This document shows, piece by piece, positions 50,561 through 61,010 of a stretch of DNA of 64,000 nt; the first letter of the stretch is position 1; each line of letters starts with the position of its first letter. The notes beneath the pieces are model-generated. The model did not search any database. It was not told the origin of the DNA and saw only the letters and a list, made by a program, of their open reading frames with translations. This DNA is from Squalus acanthias (lineage: Eukaryota). Position numbers and translations under genes: made by a program. The stretch is taken from positions 69,814,001 to 69,878,000 of the forward strand of contig CM059438.1 of the NCBI GenBank assembly GCA_030390025.1. Direction: 5' to 3'.

Positions 50561-53308
50561 TCCTTTTTCAATTTCCCCCTGCATTCTCTCTGTTCTGCCT
50601 GGTGTTTGATTGTATTCTGTACCTGACGTCCTTGTTTTTGTATTCAATGTCCCTCTTTCTTGGAACCTTAGGAAGTGTTTTTGTTGTTTGAGCTGGTCTT
50701 TACTGGTACTGTTGGTATAAACTGGATCTCTCTCATTAATTCCCACCGCCCTCCCCCCTACCCCCTTAACTCAAGTTGCTGACTCATGCTGGAGTAACTT
50801 TCAGCAGGCATCCGCTAATATCTTACCCAAGTGGCCAATATTCCCCTGTGAGCTGGGTCAGTGATTGGCGAGTGTTGGAAGCATCATTGCTGTACCCTAT
50901 CCTCTCCTTTTCTGAACCTCCAAGAAAGTGCACTGCCCAGCAGAGGCCACTAGATTGGAATCTGGAGCAGGAATGGCAGCTGTTCTCACCCCAGGGCTAT
51001 TGAGCAACCCAGGAGTACTGTGTCAAATTTACTGAGATCAGCTCATTCGGTACAGAATGGGGATAAAACTGGGCACTTCGCAGTCTATTGGCTCGCCCAG
51101 CATCACACTGAACTGTACATTGAACAACTGAGACAAAGAGGAGCCATTTGATGTTTTTTTTCTTCCCCAGAAGTGGAAAGTGGTTTTAATTTTCTTGATC
51201 TGAATAGTCCGAAAGAAACTAAAATTGTTCACATCTGGTTTCTTCAGCTAGAGCTAACAGCAGAGACGACAAAGTCAACATAAAGCAGAGCATTAAGCAT
51301 CGCTTTTTGTTGTTAATGTAATAATGAGGCCAGTGGTGCTGAGCACTTTGTAAAATTTGTGCAAATATTCAGTTTTTATTTAATAAGCCGGAATTAAAAA
51401 GAAACGGGAAATCTGAAATAAAAACAGAAAATGCTGGAAATACATCTGTAAGAGTAAGAAAGATTAACAGTTCATGTTTGGATCTGCGTTACAATTTAAT
51501 AATTCACCGATTTATCCCGTTAAAAATACGAGTTAAAAACGTTTGTGTTCACTTGCAGTTTCAATCTGGACACGTTGACCTCTAGAATGACACACGTTTT
51601 AAACACCTACACAATGGTGATTGTCGTTTTGGGACAAAACTGATACATGGCACACGCAAATGAGAGATTTTGATGTCATTACAATTATGAGGCCTGGGCC
51701 CAGAATATTTCAGGCATATTGAAATCTATAATGACAATTGCATTAGCAATGAAAGAGCCATTTGCATTGATTAAACAAATACGGAGTTAATTTCTACACA
51801 AGAATTTGTAATTAAGTTTCCAGGCAGTTAAACCTTTTCGTACACATTTCTTAATGATAAGTCATTTTTGTCTCAATCGGCAACATAATTGAAAATGGGA
51901 AAGTAGATGCATTCTTCCACGTTGAAGGTTCATCCAATTTATGACAGATCATGAGAATACATGGAGGAAGATCAGCTAATCAACCGTGAAAGAGTAAACC
52001 TTGTGGGAGGTTTTTCATTTGGTGATTTTGTTGCTCAATGAGGCAAACAATTTTACAGATACTGGTAAAGGGATCGCTTTCCCATCCGAGGCATTCACTA
52101 TCTACATCAGATACTCCGAGGGCACAATTCAGAAGTGAAGCTCCCTGTACGCTGTCCCAAGGCTGTGCCTAATCTCCAATCTCAGAAGGACAATACCCAC
52201 CTACTGTGACATTATTGCATTCACACACTAGCTGTTTTTCCAATTTAGTGCCACACATTCCGGACAGTTTTGTGTTGTGGTTCCACACACACTACAAACT
52301 GGATTTAGGCTTCCCCAAATTCCTTTCGCATAGGATCCTTGCAGCCAACAACAGAGGAGATTATCATCCCTTTGGTCTGAGCTGGATTTAAACCACATCC
52401 CAGAGCTAAGAGCTGCAACACTTCTTCCCATTCTTATGGTTATGTTAAAAAGAATAGATTTTTAGTTGAAATGACTAAGCGTGGGGATGAATGTATGTTA
52501 TTGGGATGATATTGCAGTCAGATGTCTGGACTCACTTTGTGAGATGAAATGCCCAGATTGTATTGAAATGTCTAATTCATCACCTTATCGGCATCTGCTA
52601 ACTGTCTAGTAGCTGAAATGGTTCATTGGTGCAATGAGGCATTCTGAGGCTGGGGAGGAGTGCTGCTTTTCTTGTTTCTCAGTGTCGACATTGGCAGTAG
52701 AGGGGCTGCGCGAAGGAACGTACTCTGCTGTGTGGGAAGATTTATATTAGAGGTGACCCCAATGAGCTGGATCTGGAAGAGATGCTGTTTCTTTTTTTAA
52801 AAAGACAGTGGCTTCCCTATCACCAACTTGAAGATTTTCTTCAATGTGTGTTAAGTGCCAATAGAACAGCACTTCAGTGTGCTGCACCACCTTCGACAAG
52901 TGACGTGTGGGAATTGTGCCCTCGTTCATAAAGCCACCAATGAAGTGCTCCTTAATGTATCAGTACTTTTGTGTGGCTCTTGAAGGACAGCAGTCTAGAA
53001 AGATCTATTGTATAGCAATGACTACCAAATTTTGAATAAATAGGCACAATGTGCCCACTATTCAATGTTAGGTAAATGATAACATTGCTTGCTGCCAGAC
53101 AGGCTTGAGTGGGATTGGCTTGCCCTTGGATGTCTGTCAGATAGCACATTGTATAGAGTGCTCTTTTTGAAGTGCTCTTTATGCCTGTCAGCCATTAAGC
53201 AGCATTGTGATTGTGGATAAATGTGAGACCAAACTGCTATGACTTACCAGCTAATGAAAGAAGTGTGCACTGAGGTTCAGAAGGGGAGAGAAAAAACATT
53301 TCCTTGGA

Positions 53309-53492
53309 ATAACAACAGAAAATGCTGGAAACACTCAGCAGGTCAGGCAGCATTGAGGAGAGAGAAACAGAGTCCTTGACTCAAAACATTGACTCTGCTT
53401 CTCTCTCCTCAATGCTGCCTCGCCTGCAGAGTGTTTCCAGCATTTTTTATTGTTATTTCAGATTTCCAGCATCCGCAGTATTTTGCTATTGT
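53309..53492 (+). mobile_element. Penelope-derived 184 bp fold-back insertion (hammerhead core largely lost)
   Basis: Inverted arms ATAACAACAGAAAATGCTGGAAAC.. / ..GTTTCCAGCATTTTTTATTGTTAT plus a ~36 nt extension; TSD AACATTTCCTTGGA (53295-53308, 53493-53506). Confidence 0.88.
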
Positions 53493-53695
53493 AACATTTC
53501 CTTGGAGATCACTTCACTGAGTTGAAGAAATATTGGAAGGTTGCAGTGTGGCAAGAGGTCGTGCAGACCAGAAGATTCCAGGGTCCAGGTCTGGTCTTTG
53601 TTGACCCGTGTGATATCAGAAGGGGTGCTGTAATTGGCTTTAGTGCCTCTGAGCTTGGGAGGGCAAAAGCTGGCCATGGATTGTTATCTAATGAC

Positions 53696-54246
53696 AGAAA
53701 ATGCTGGAAATACTCAGCAGGTCGGGCAGCATCTGTGGAGAGAGAAACAGAGTTAACGGCCCCAATCTTGACAGGGGCGGGGGTAGCGGAGTTGCAGACA
53801 GGAAATCGTAAGTCCGGGTTTCCCCACATGCTGTGGAGTTTTAACTCCAAGATGTGCGTATTTTCTTTTTGCCAGGATCCCCGCCCGGAAGACAGACTGA
53901 TTGACAGGCTTGGCTTCCAGTCGGGCAGGGCTCCAATCCCCGACCCCACCGGTCGTTCTGTGGGGAGATAGTCCGATCTAAGGCAAGAGGTTAAGGTTGG
54001 GGTCGGTTTTGAGACTTTTAAAGTTGTAACATCTCGCCTATCCCAACTCACCCGTCTTTGGGGCTTAAAATTCACCCCAACGTTTCAGGCCAATGACCTT
54101 CATCAGACTTTTATGAGTTGTGATGAATGGTCATCGCTCTGAAACGTTAATTCTGTTCCTCTCTTCACAGATGCTGCCTGACCTCCTGAGTGTTTCCAGC
54201 ATTTTCTGTTTTTATTTCAGATTTCCAGCATCCGCAGTATTTTGCT
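53696..54246 (+). mobile_element. Penelope-derived fold-back insertion carrying a nested MITE
   Basis: Inverted pLTR arms with two mutated hammerhead cores; TSD TTGTTATCTAATGAC (53681-53695, 54247-54261). Confidence 0.88.
53758..54078. mobile_element. Harbinger-like MITE, 321 bp
   Basis: Splits GAGTTAAC|GTTTCAGG with AAC duplicated; imperfect termini GGCCCCAATCTT / AAAATTCACCCC. Confidence 0.75.
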
Positions 54247-54309
54247 TTGTTATCTAATGACTGCTGCTGGTATATGTGTAGGTATGGATTATGGACAAGG
54301 ACAAGGTCA

Positions 54310-54725
54310 GTCTTTTTGTTCTGGGGATATTGGTGACGCTAGCAAGGCCGCATTTATTGCATGTTTCTAGTTGCCCAGAGAAGGTGGTAGCGGGCAACAT
54401 TCCCTCTAAGCCGCGGGGCTGCGCAGCTGTTTGCCGGGACCGGCTTTTCCAATGTTATATTTCGTGCAGCGTACCCCCCAAAAAATTAGGGGGAACATTG
54501 GTAGTCGGCCTTCTTCTTGAACCACTGCAGTTTTTGTGGTGATGGATGGTGCTCATACAATGGTGTTAGGTAGGAAATTCCAGGCTATTGACCCAGTAAC
54601 AATGAAGGAATGGCGGTATTGGCCACGTCAGGATGGGACGTGACATGAAAGGAAACTTGGGAGATGTTGGTGCTCTCTCTTTCCTGATGATCGAGGATGC
54701 AGGGGAGCGAAGTGCTGTCGAAGAA
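54310..54725 (-). mobile_element. Degenerate 3' end of the second LINE family
   Basis: Collinear with 6650-6950 (GCAAGGCC..GCATTTATTGC..GAGAAGGTGGT..). Confidence 0.7.
54395..54500. mobile_element. hAT-like MITE, 106 bp
   Basis: Termini CAACATTCCCTCTAAG / TTAGGGGGAACATTG; the flanks GTAGCGGG/GTAGTCGG look like a decayed 8 bp TSD. Confidence 0.72.
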
Positions 54726-54727
54726 AT

Positions 54728-54945
54728 CCCAAAGTGTTGTCACTGTTGTAATGTAGGAAATGCGGCAGCCAATTTGCACACAGCAAGCTCCCACAAACAG
54801 CAATGAGATAAATGACCAGATCATCTGTTTTCGAGGTGTTGGTTGAGGGATAAATATTGGTCAGGACACCGGGGAGAGCTCTTCTTTGAATAGTGCCATG
54901 GGATTTTTTTAATCCACCTCCAACAGTGCAGCACTCCCTCAGTTT
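54728..54945 (-). mobile_element. Partial DeuSINE
   Basis: GTCACTGTTGTAATGTAGGAAATGCGGCAGCCAATTTGCACACAGCAAG..GTGCCATGGGAT. Confidence 0.82.
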
Positions 54946-55499
54946 TGACAAACTAAAGGAGCGTTGGTGAGGGTAGTGTGGTTGATTTGTGTATATGGAC
55001 TTTCAAAAGATGATTAATAAAGTACCACGTAATAAACTTGTTAGCAAAATTGAAGCCCATGGGATTAAATGGGCAGTGGCTGCATGGATGTGAATTGGCA
55101 AAGAGACAGAAAGCAGAGAGTGGTGGTGAACGGTTGTTTTTCAGACTGGAGGGCAGTATACAGTGGCGTCCCCCAGGTTTCAGTATTAGGACCACTGCTC
55201 TTTTTGATGTATACATTAATGACTTGGACTTGGGTAAACCGGGCATAATTTCAAAGTTTACAGATGAGACGAAACTCAGAAATATAGTAAACAATGAGGA
55301 GGATAGTAATAGACTTAAGGAGGACATCAACAGACTGGTAAAATGGGCAGACACGGGAAATTTAAGGGAAATTTAAGTTTTGTAGGAAGTATGAGGAGTG
55401 GCAATATAAATTATATAGTACAATTTTAAAGGGGGTGCAGGAACAGAGACACCTGGGGATGTATGTTCTCAAATCTTTGAAGCTGGCAGGACAAGTTGC

Positions 55500-58400
55500 C
55501 AGTGTCATGAGCATAGTTTGGGAGGGAGTGGCCCTGGGAGGCCTCAGTATTTACTCCGGACCCCATGAAGTCTCATCGCTTCAGGTCAAGCATGGGCAAG
55601 GAAACCGCCTGTTGATTATCACCTACCATCCTGGCTCAGCTGATGAATCAGTACTCCGTCATGTTGAACACCACTTGGAGGAAGCACTGAGGGTAGCAAG
55701 GGTGCAGAATGTACTCTGGGTGGGGGACTTCAATGTCCATCATCAAGAATGGCTCGGTAGCACCAATACTGACCGAGCTGGCCGAGTCCTGAAGGACATA
55801 GATGCCAGACTAGGCCTGCGGCAGGCGGTGAGAGATCCAACACAAGGGAAAAACCTACTTGACCTCGTCCTCGCCAATCTACCTGTCGCAGATGCATCTG
55901 TCCATTACAGCATTGGTAGCAGTGACCACCGCACAGTCTTTGTGGAGAGGAAGTCCCGTCTTCACACTGAGGACACCCTCCATTGTGTTGTGTGGCACTA
56001 CCACCGTGCTAAATGGGATAGATTCAAAACCAATCTAGTAGCTCAAAACTGGGCATCCATGAGGCGCTGTGGGCCATCAGCAGCAGCAGAATTGTATTCC
56101 ACCACAATCTAACCTCATGGCCTGGCATATCCCTGACCGTACCATTATCATCAAGCCAGGGGACCAACCCTGGTTCAATAAGGAGTGTAGAAGAGCATGC
56201 CAGGAGCAGCACCAGGCATACCTAAAAATGAGGTGCCAACAAGGGGAAGCTGCAACACAGGACTACATGCATGCTAAACAGCAGAAGCACCATGCTATAG
56301 ACAGAGCTAAGTGATCCCACAATCAGTGGATCAGATCAAAGCTCTGCAGTCCTGCCACATCCAGTTCTGAATGGTGGTGGACAGTTAAATAACTAATGGG
56401 AGGAGGAGGCTCTATGAATATCACCATCCTCAATGATGGCAGAGTCCAGCAGCGAGTGCAAAAGACATGGCTGAAGCATTTGCAACCATCTTCAACCAGA
56501 AGTGCCGAGTGGATGAATCCATATTGGCCTCCTCCTGAGGCCCCACCATCACAGATGCCAGTCTTCAGCCAATTCGATTCACTCCACGTGATATCAAGAA
56601 ACGGCTAAGCGCGCTGGATACAGCAAAGGCTATGGGCCCTGACAATATTCCAGCTACCGTGCTGAAGACTTGTGCTCCAGAACTAGTCATACCTCTAGCC
56701 AAGCTGTTCCAGTACAGCTACAACACTGGTATCTACCCGACAATGTGGAAAACTGCCCAGGTATGTCCTGGTCACAAAAATCAGGACAAATCTAATCTGG
56801 TCAATTACCATCCCATCAGACTACTCTCAATCATCAGCAAAGCGATGGAAGGTGTTGTCGACAGTGCTATCAAGCGGCACTTACTCATCAATAACCTGCT
56901 CACTGATGCCCAGTTTGGGTTCCGCCAAGACCACTCGGCTCCCGACCTCATTTTAGCCTTGGTCCAAAAATGGACAAGAGAGCTGAATTCCAGAGGTGAG
57001 GTGAGAGTGACTGCCATTGAAATCAAGGCAGCATTTGACCAAGTGTGGCATCAAGGGGCCCAAGTAAAATTGATGTCAATGGGAATCAGGGGGAAAACTC
57101 TCCAATGGCTGGAGTTATACCTAGCACCAAGGATTATGGCTGTGGTTGTTGGAGGTCAATCACCTCAGCCCCAGGATGTCGCTGCAGGAGTTCCTCAGGC
57201 AAGTGTCCTCGGCACAACCATCTTCAGCTGCTTCATCAATGACATTCCCTCCATCATAAGGTCAGAAGTGGGGATGTTCGCTGATGACTGCACAGTGTTC
57301 AGAGCCGTTCGCAACTCCTCAGATAATGAAGCAGTCCATGCCCGCATGCAGCAAGACCTGGACAACATTCAGGCTTGAGCTGATAAGTGGCAAGTAACAT
57401 TCGCACCACACAAGTGCCAGGCAATGACTATCTCCAACAAGCGAGAGTCTAACCACCACCCCTTGACAGTCAACGGCAATACCATTGCCGAAATCCCCAC
57501 CATCAACATCCTGGGGGGCACCATTGACCAGAATCTTAACTGGACCAGCCGCATAAAGACTGTGGCAACAAGAGCGGGTCAGAGTCTGGGTACTCTGAAC
57601 ATAAGAACATAAGAAATAGGAGCAAGTGTAGGCCATTTGGCACTTCAAGCCTGCTCCGCCATTCAATAAGATCATGGCTAATCTTCTACCTCATCTCCAC
57701 TTTCCTGCACTATCCCTATATCCCTTGATTCCCTTCATATTCAAAAATCTATCGATCTCTGTCTTGAATATAATCTGAGCCTACACAGCCCCTCTGGGGT
57801 AGAGAATTCCAAAGATTCACCACCCTCTGAGTGAAGAACTTTCTCCTCATCTCAGTCCTAAATGGCCGACCCCTTATTCTGAGACTGTGACCCCTGGTTC
57901 TAGACTCCCCAGCCAGGGGAAACATCCTCCCTGTAGCTACCCTGTCAAGCCCTGTAAGAATTTTGTATGTTTCAATGAGATCACCTCTCATTCTTCTAAA
58001 CTCCAGAGAATATAGGCCTAGTCTACTCAATCTCTCCTTATAGGACAATCCCAGGAACCAGCCTGGTGAACCTTCATTGCACTCCCTCTATGACAAGTAT
58101 ATCCTTCCTTAGGTAAGGAGACCAAAACTGTACACAATACTCCAGGTGTGGTCTCACCAGGGCCCTATATAATAATCTGTGGCGCGTGTCTCACCTCCTG
58201 GATGAGTGCAGCTCCAACAACACTCGAAGCTCAACACCATCCAGGACAAAGCAGCCGCTTGATCCACCACCTTCAACATTGACTCCCTCCACCACCGGTG
58301 CACCGTGGCTGCAGTGTGTAACATCTACAAGATGAACTGCAGCAACTCGCCAAGGCTTCTTCGGCAGCACCTCCCAATCCCGCGGCCTCTACCACCTAGA

Positions 58401-58660
58401 AGGACATTGGAGCAGGCGCATGGGAACACCATCACCTGCAAGTTCCTCTCCAAGTTACACACCATCCTGATTTGGAAATATGTCGCTGGGTCAAAATCCT
58501 CGAACTCCCTCCCTAACAGCACTGTGGGAGTACCTTCACCACACAGACTGCAGCAGTTCAAGAAGGCAGCTCACCACCATCTTCTCAAGGGCAATTAGGG
58601 ATGGGCATTAAATGCTGGCCTTGCCAGTGAAGCCCACATCCCAGAACGAACAAAAAATGT
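55500..58660 (+). mobile_element. Second-family APE-RT LINE: most of ORF2, with stops, frameshifts and a deletion
   Basis: APE motifs WVGDFNVHH, LLDLVLAN, SDHRTV; RT motifs GPDNIP, AQFGFRQDHS, GVPQASVLG, MFADD; the tail matches 6640-6720. Confidence 0.93.
57598..58172 (-). mobile_element. CR1 3' ~575 bp inserted in the second-family LINE
   Basis: ORF SYKERLSRLGLYSLEFRRMRGDLIETYKIL..; highly similar to 10628-11210; flanks TACTCTG/TAATCTG. Confidence 0.92.
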
Positions 58661-59294
58661 TTAAAAAAATATTGGCTGCTAAAAAGGCATCCTTGGCTTT
58701 ATAAATAGAGGCATTGAGTACAAAAGCAAGGGACTTATCCTAAACCTTTATAAAACACTGGTTGGGCCCCAGCTGGAGTATTTTAGCAAATTATGGGTAC
58801 CGCACTTTAGGAAGGATGTCAAGGACTTGGGGAGGATGAAAAGGAGATTTACTAGAATGGTACCAGGAATGTGGGACTTTAGTTATGTGGAAAAAGTAGA
58901 GAAGCTATGAGTATTCTCCTTAGAACAGAGAAGGTTAAGGGGAGATTTGATAGAGGTGTTCAAACTCATGAAAGGTTTTGATAGAATAAATAAGAAACTG
59001 TTTCCAGTGGCAGAAGGATCGGTAACCATAGGACACAGATTTATGAGTAATGGGCAAAAGAACAATTTACGCAGCGAGTTTTATGTTTTGGAATGTACTG
59101 TCTAAAATGATGGTGGAAGCTGATTCAAGAGTAACTTTCAAAATGGAATTCGATAAATACTTGAAGGGGAAAATTTTCCAGGGCTATGGGGAATGAACAG
59201 GGGAGTGGGACTTATTGGATAGCTCTTTCAAAGCGGTGCACAGGCACGATGAGCTGAATGGCTTTCTTCTGTGCTGTATCATTCTATGATCGGT

Positions 59295-61010
59295 GGATAT
59301 TGAATGCAGTCGCAGGGTTATCACTCAAGTGAGTCACTGATCAAGCAGCTGAAGGTGGTTGGGCCAAGAATGCTTCCTTGAGGAGCTCCTGTGAAGAACT
59401 GAGGCTGTGATGACCATCATCCTTTGTGTCAGCTATGACTGCAGCCACTGGAGGGCTTTGCCATTGACTTTGGTGCTATAATTGGCTGAATGCTGCCTTG
59501 ATGTGTAGGGGGTGGTGTGGTAGGGGTCAGCCTCACCTCTGACTCAGTGAGCGGTTCGAATTGCTCCCACGCCCCTGGTTCTAGACCTTGGACTTATTTA
59601 GGGGTTGTGAATAAAGATGCAGTAGACAACAGGTTCTGATGAAAGAATTTTGAATTTATTAACAAGAAAAAGATAACAAACTTAAAACACACTTAATGCT
59701 TAAAACACAGGTTGGGAACACACGGTACAGGCGAGGGAGAAATAACATTAGAAGAATACTTCACCCCTCCCAATCCCACTTCACCTAGCTAGGTTGGACT
59801 CTGAGAAGATCAGGGATAATGCTCACCAAACGAATCCTTGACAGTTTAGAGTTAGGGTTTAGAGTCTTTTGAGTAAAAGGTTTCGTAAGGCCCTTGTTGC
59901 CGCGAGGTGTCCGATGGTCACTGAGGCAGTCACTCTGGTTTCTTCTTGCGTGTCAATCTGCTTGTGAAGCTGTTGGCCTTCTTTGTTGAACTTCTTGCTG
60001 TAACTCTGCCTCTGTTTAAACTGTCTTCTTCCGAGCTGTGGAACTGCCTTCTTGCAGAACTGTGGGAAACTGCCTTCTGTCTGCTTGTCCTGAACTGTGT
60101 TCAACACAGGCTTTCAATTCTGTTGAACTTGAACTCTTTACTGGAGAACTTCCACTTGTAACTGTTGTAACTGCTTGATGGGCCTTCAATTATACTAAAT
60201 TGAAGTGGCCTTGTCAAAACCAAATCAAATCCTGGTCATTGTGAGACCTCGTCAACAGTAACGACTTTACTGAGTGTCAAAATGGCTTGTGTCCTGTCGC
60301 TCTGTTGTTTAATCGGAGTTTGCATTGTCCTCATGTTTTGGGTTTCTTGCTGGGCCTAGCACTCCTATCTTTATGCATGTCTTTAATGGGTTCTGTGATA
60401 GGTTTTAATGGTTCCTGTGTTTTGGGTGGGGCTGCCTTCTCCCAGGGCCTATTGTCCAAATGTTAATGCTTGCTGGGGCTTGAATGAGGTCATCCTGATT
60501 CCCCAGACAACTGCAATACCCAAAACTGCTATTTACAGAGGTTGAACCCACCTCCTGTGCAGCCTTTTCTCCCTTACAGGTCCAGACATGTCTTTTTTAA
60601 AATGCCAAAACTTGGTTTTTGGTCTTAAATTCCTTATGTTAGGCCCAAATGCATTTTTATCACTCTGGGGTAGTTCCAAAGTCCTTTTTCCTTCGGTTTT
60701 GGGGATCTGCAAATTTTGGAAACCTTACAGATGTGAAGTGTAACTGCTCTTGCCTCTCCGCTTGCATTTGGTTCTTGCGTTCATGTCCAGATCAAGGCTA
60801 CAATGAGGCCTGGGTCTTGTGGGATCCAAGGTGAACATGGATGAGCAGGTTATTGGTGAATAGATGACACTTTTAATGACTCCTTCTGTCACTTTCTTGA
60901 TGATTGGCAGGAGGCTGATAGGATAGTAATTGGTTGAGTCTGATTTATCCTTTTTTTTTGTAAATAGGACATACTTGATTAATCTTCCACATTGTCGGTT
61001 TGATGCCTGG
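59295..61010 (-). mobile_element. Degenerate second-family LINE RT fragment, split by the solo LTR
   Basis: AAGCAGCTGAAGGTGGTTGGGCCAAG, GAATGCTGCCTTGATG and GAGCAGGTTATTGGTGAA are reverse-complement matches to ~56740-57300. Confidence 0.7.
59504..60729 (-). mobile_element. Solo LTR, 1226 bp (Gypsy or ERV)
   Basis: Termini TGTAGG..CCTTACA with a 4 bp TSD GATG (59500-59503, 60730-60733). On the minus strand there is a TATA-like site near 60190 and AATAAA near 59656-59661. Confidence 0.82.

Larger units (their letters stand above)
54955..59290 (+). mobile_element. CR1 LINE (54955-55499 joined to ~58665-59290) split by a nested LINE
   Basis: RT motifs VYINDLD..SKFTDETKL end at CTGGCAGGACAAGTTG. 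CR1 sequence resumes with ATCCTTGGCTTTATAAATAGAGGC and runs to a CATTCTATGAT tail. Confidence 0.88.

Noticed and set aside
53509..54075. 188 aa and 149 aa overlapping ORFs
   Set aside because: They run across junctions of unrelated non-coding repeats (PLE arm, MITE) and have no domain motifs.
55435..57378. Longest ORFs (225 aa and 248 aa) as an intact gene or active LINE
   Set aside because: They are APE and RT pieces of one LINE ORF2, separated by frameshifts and stops, interrupted by a CR1 and internally deleted.
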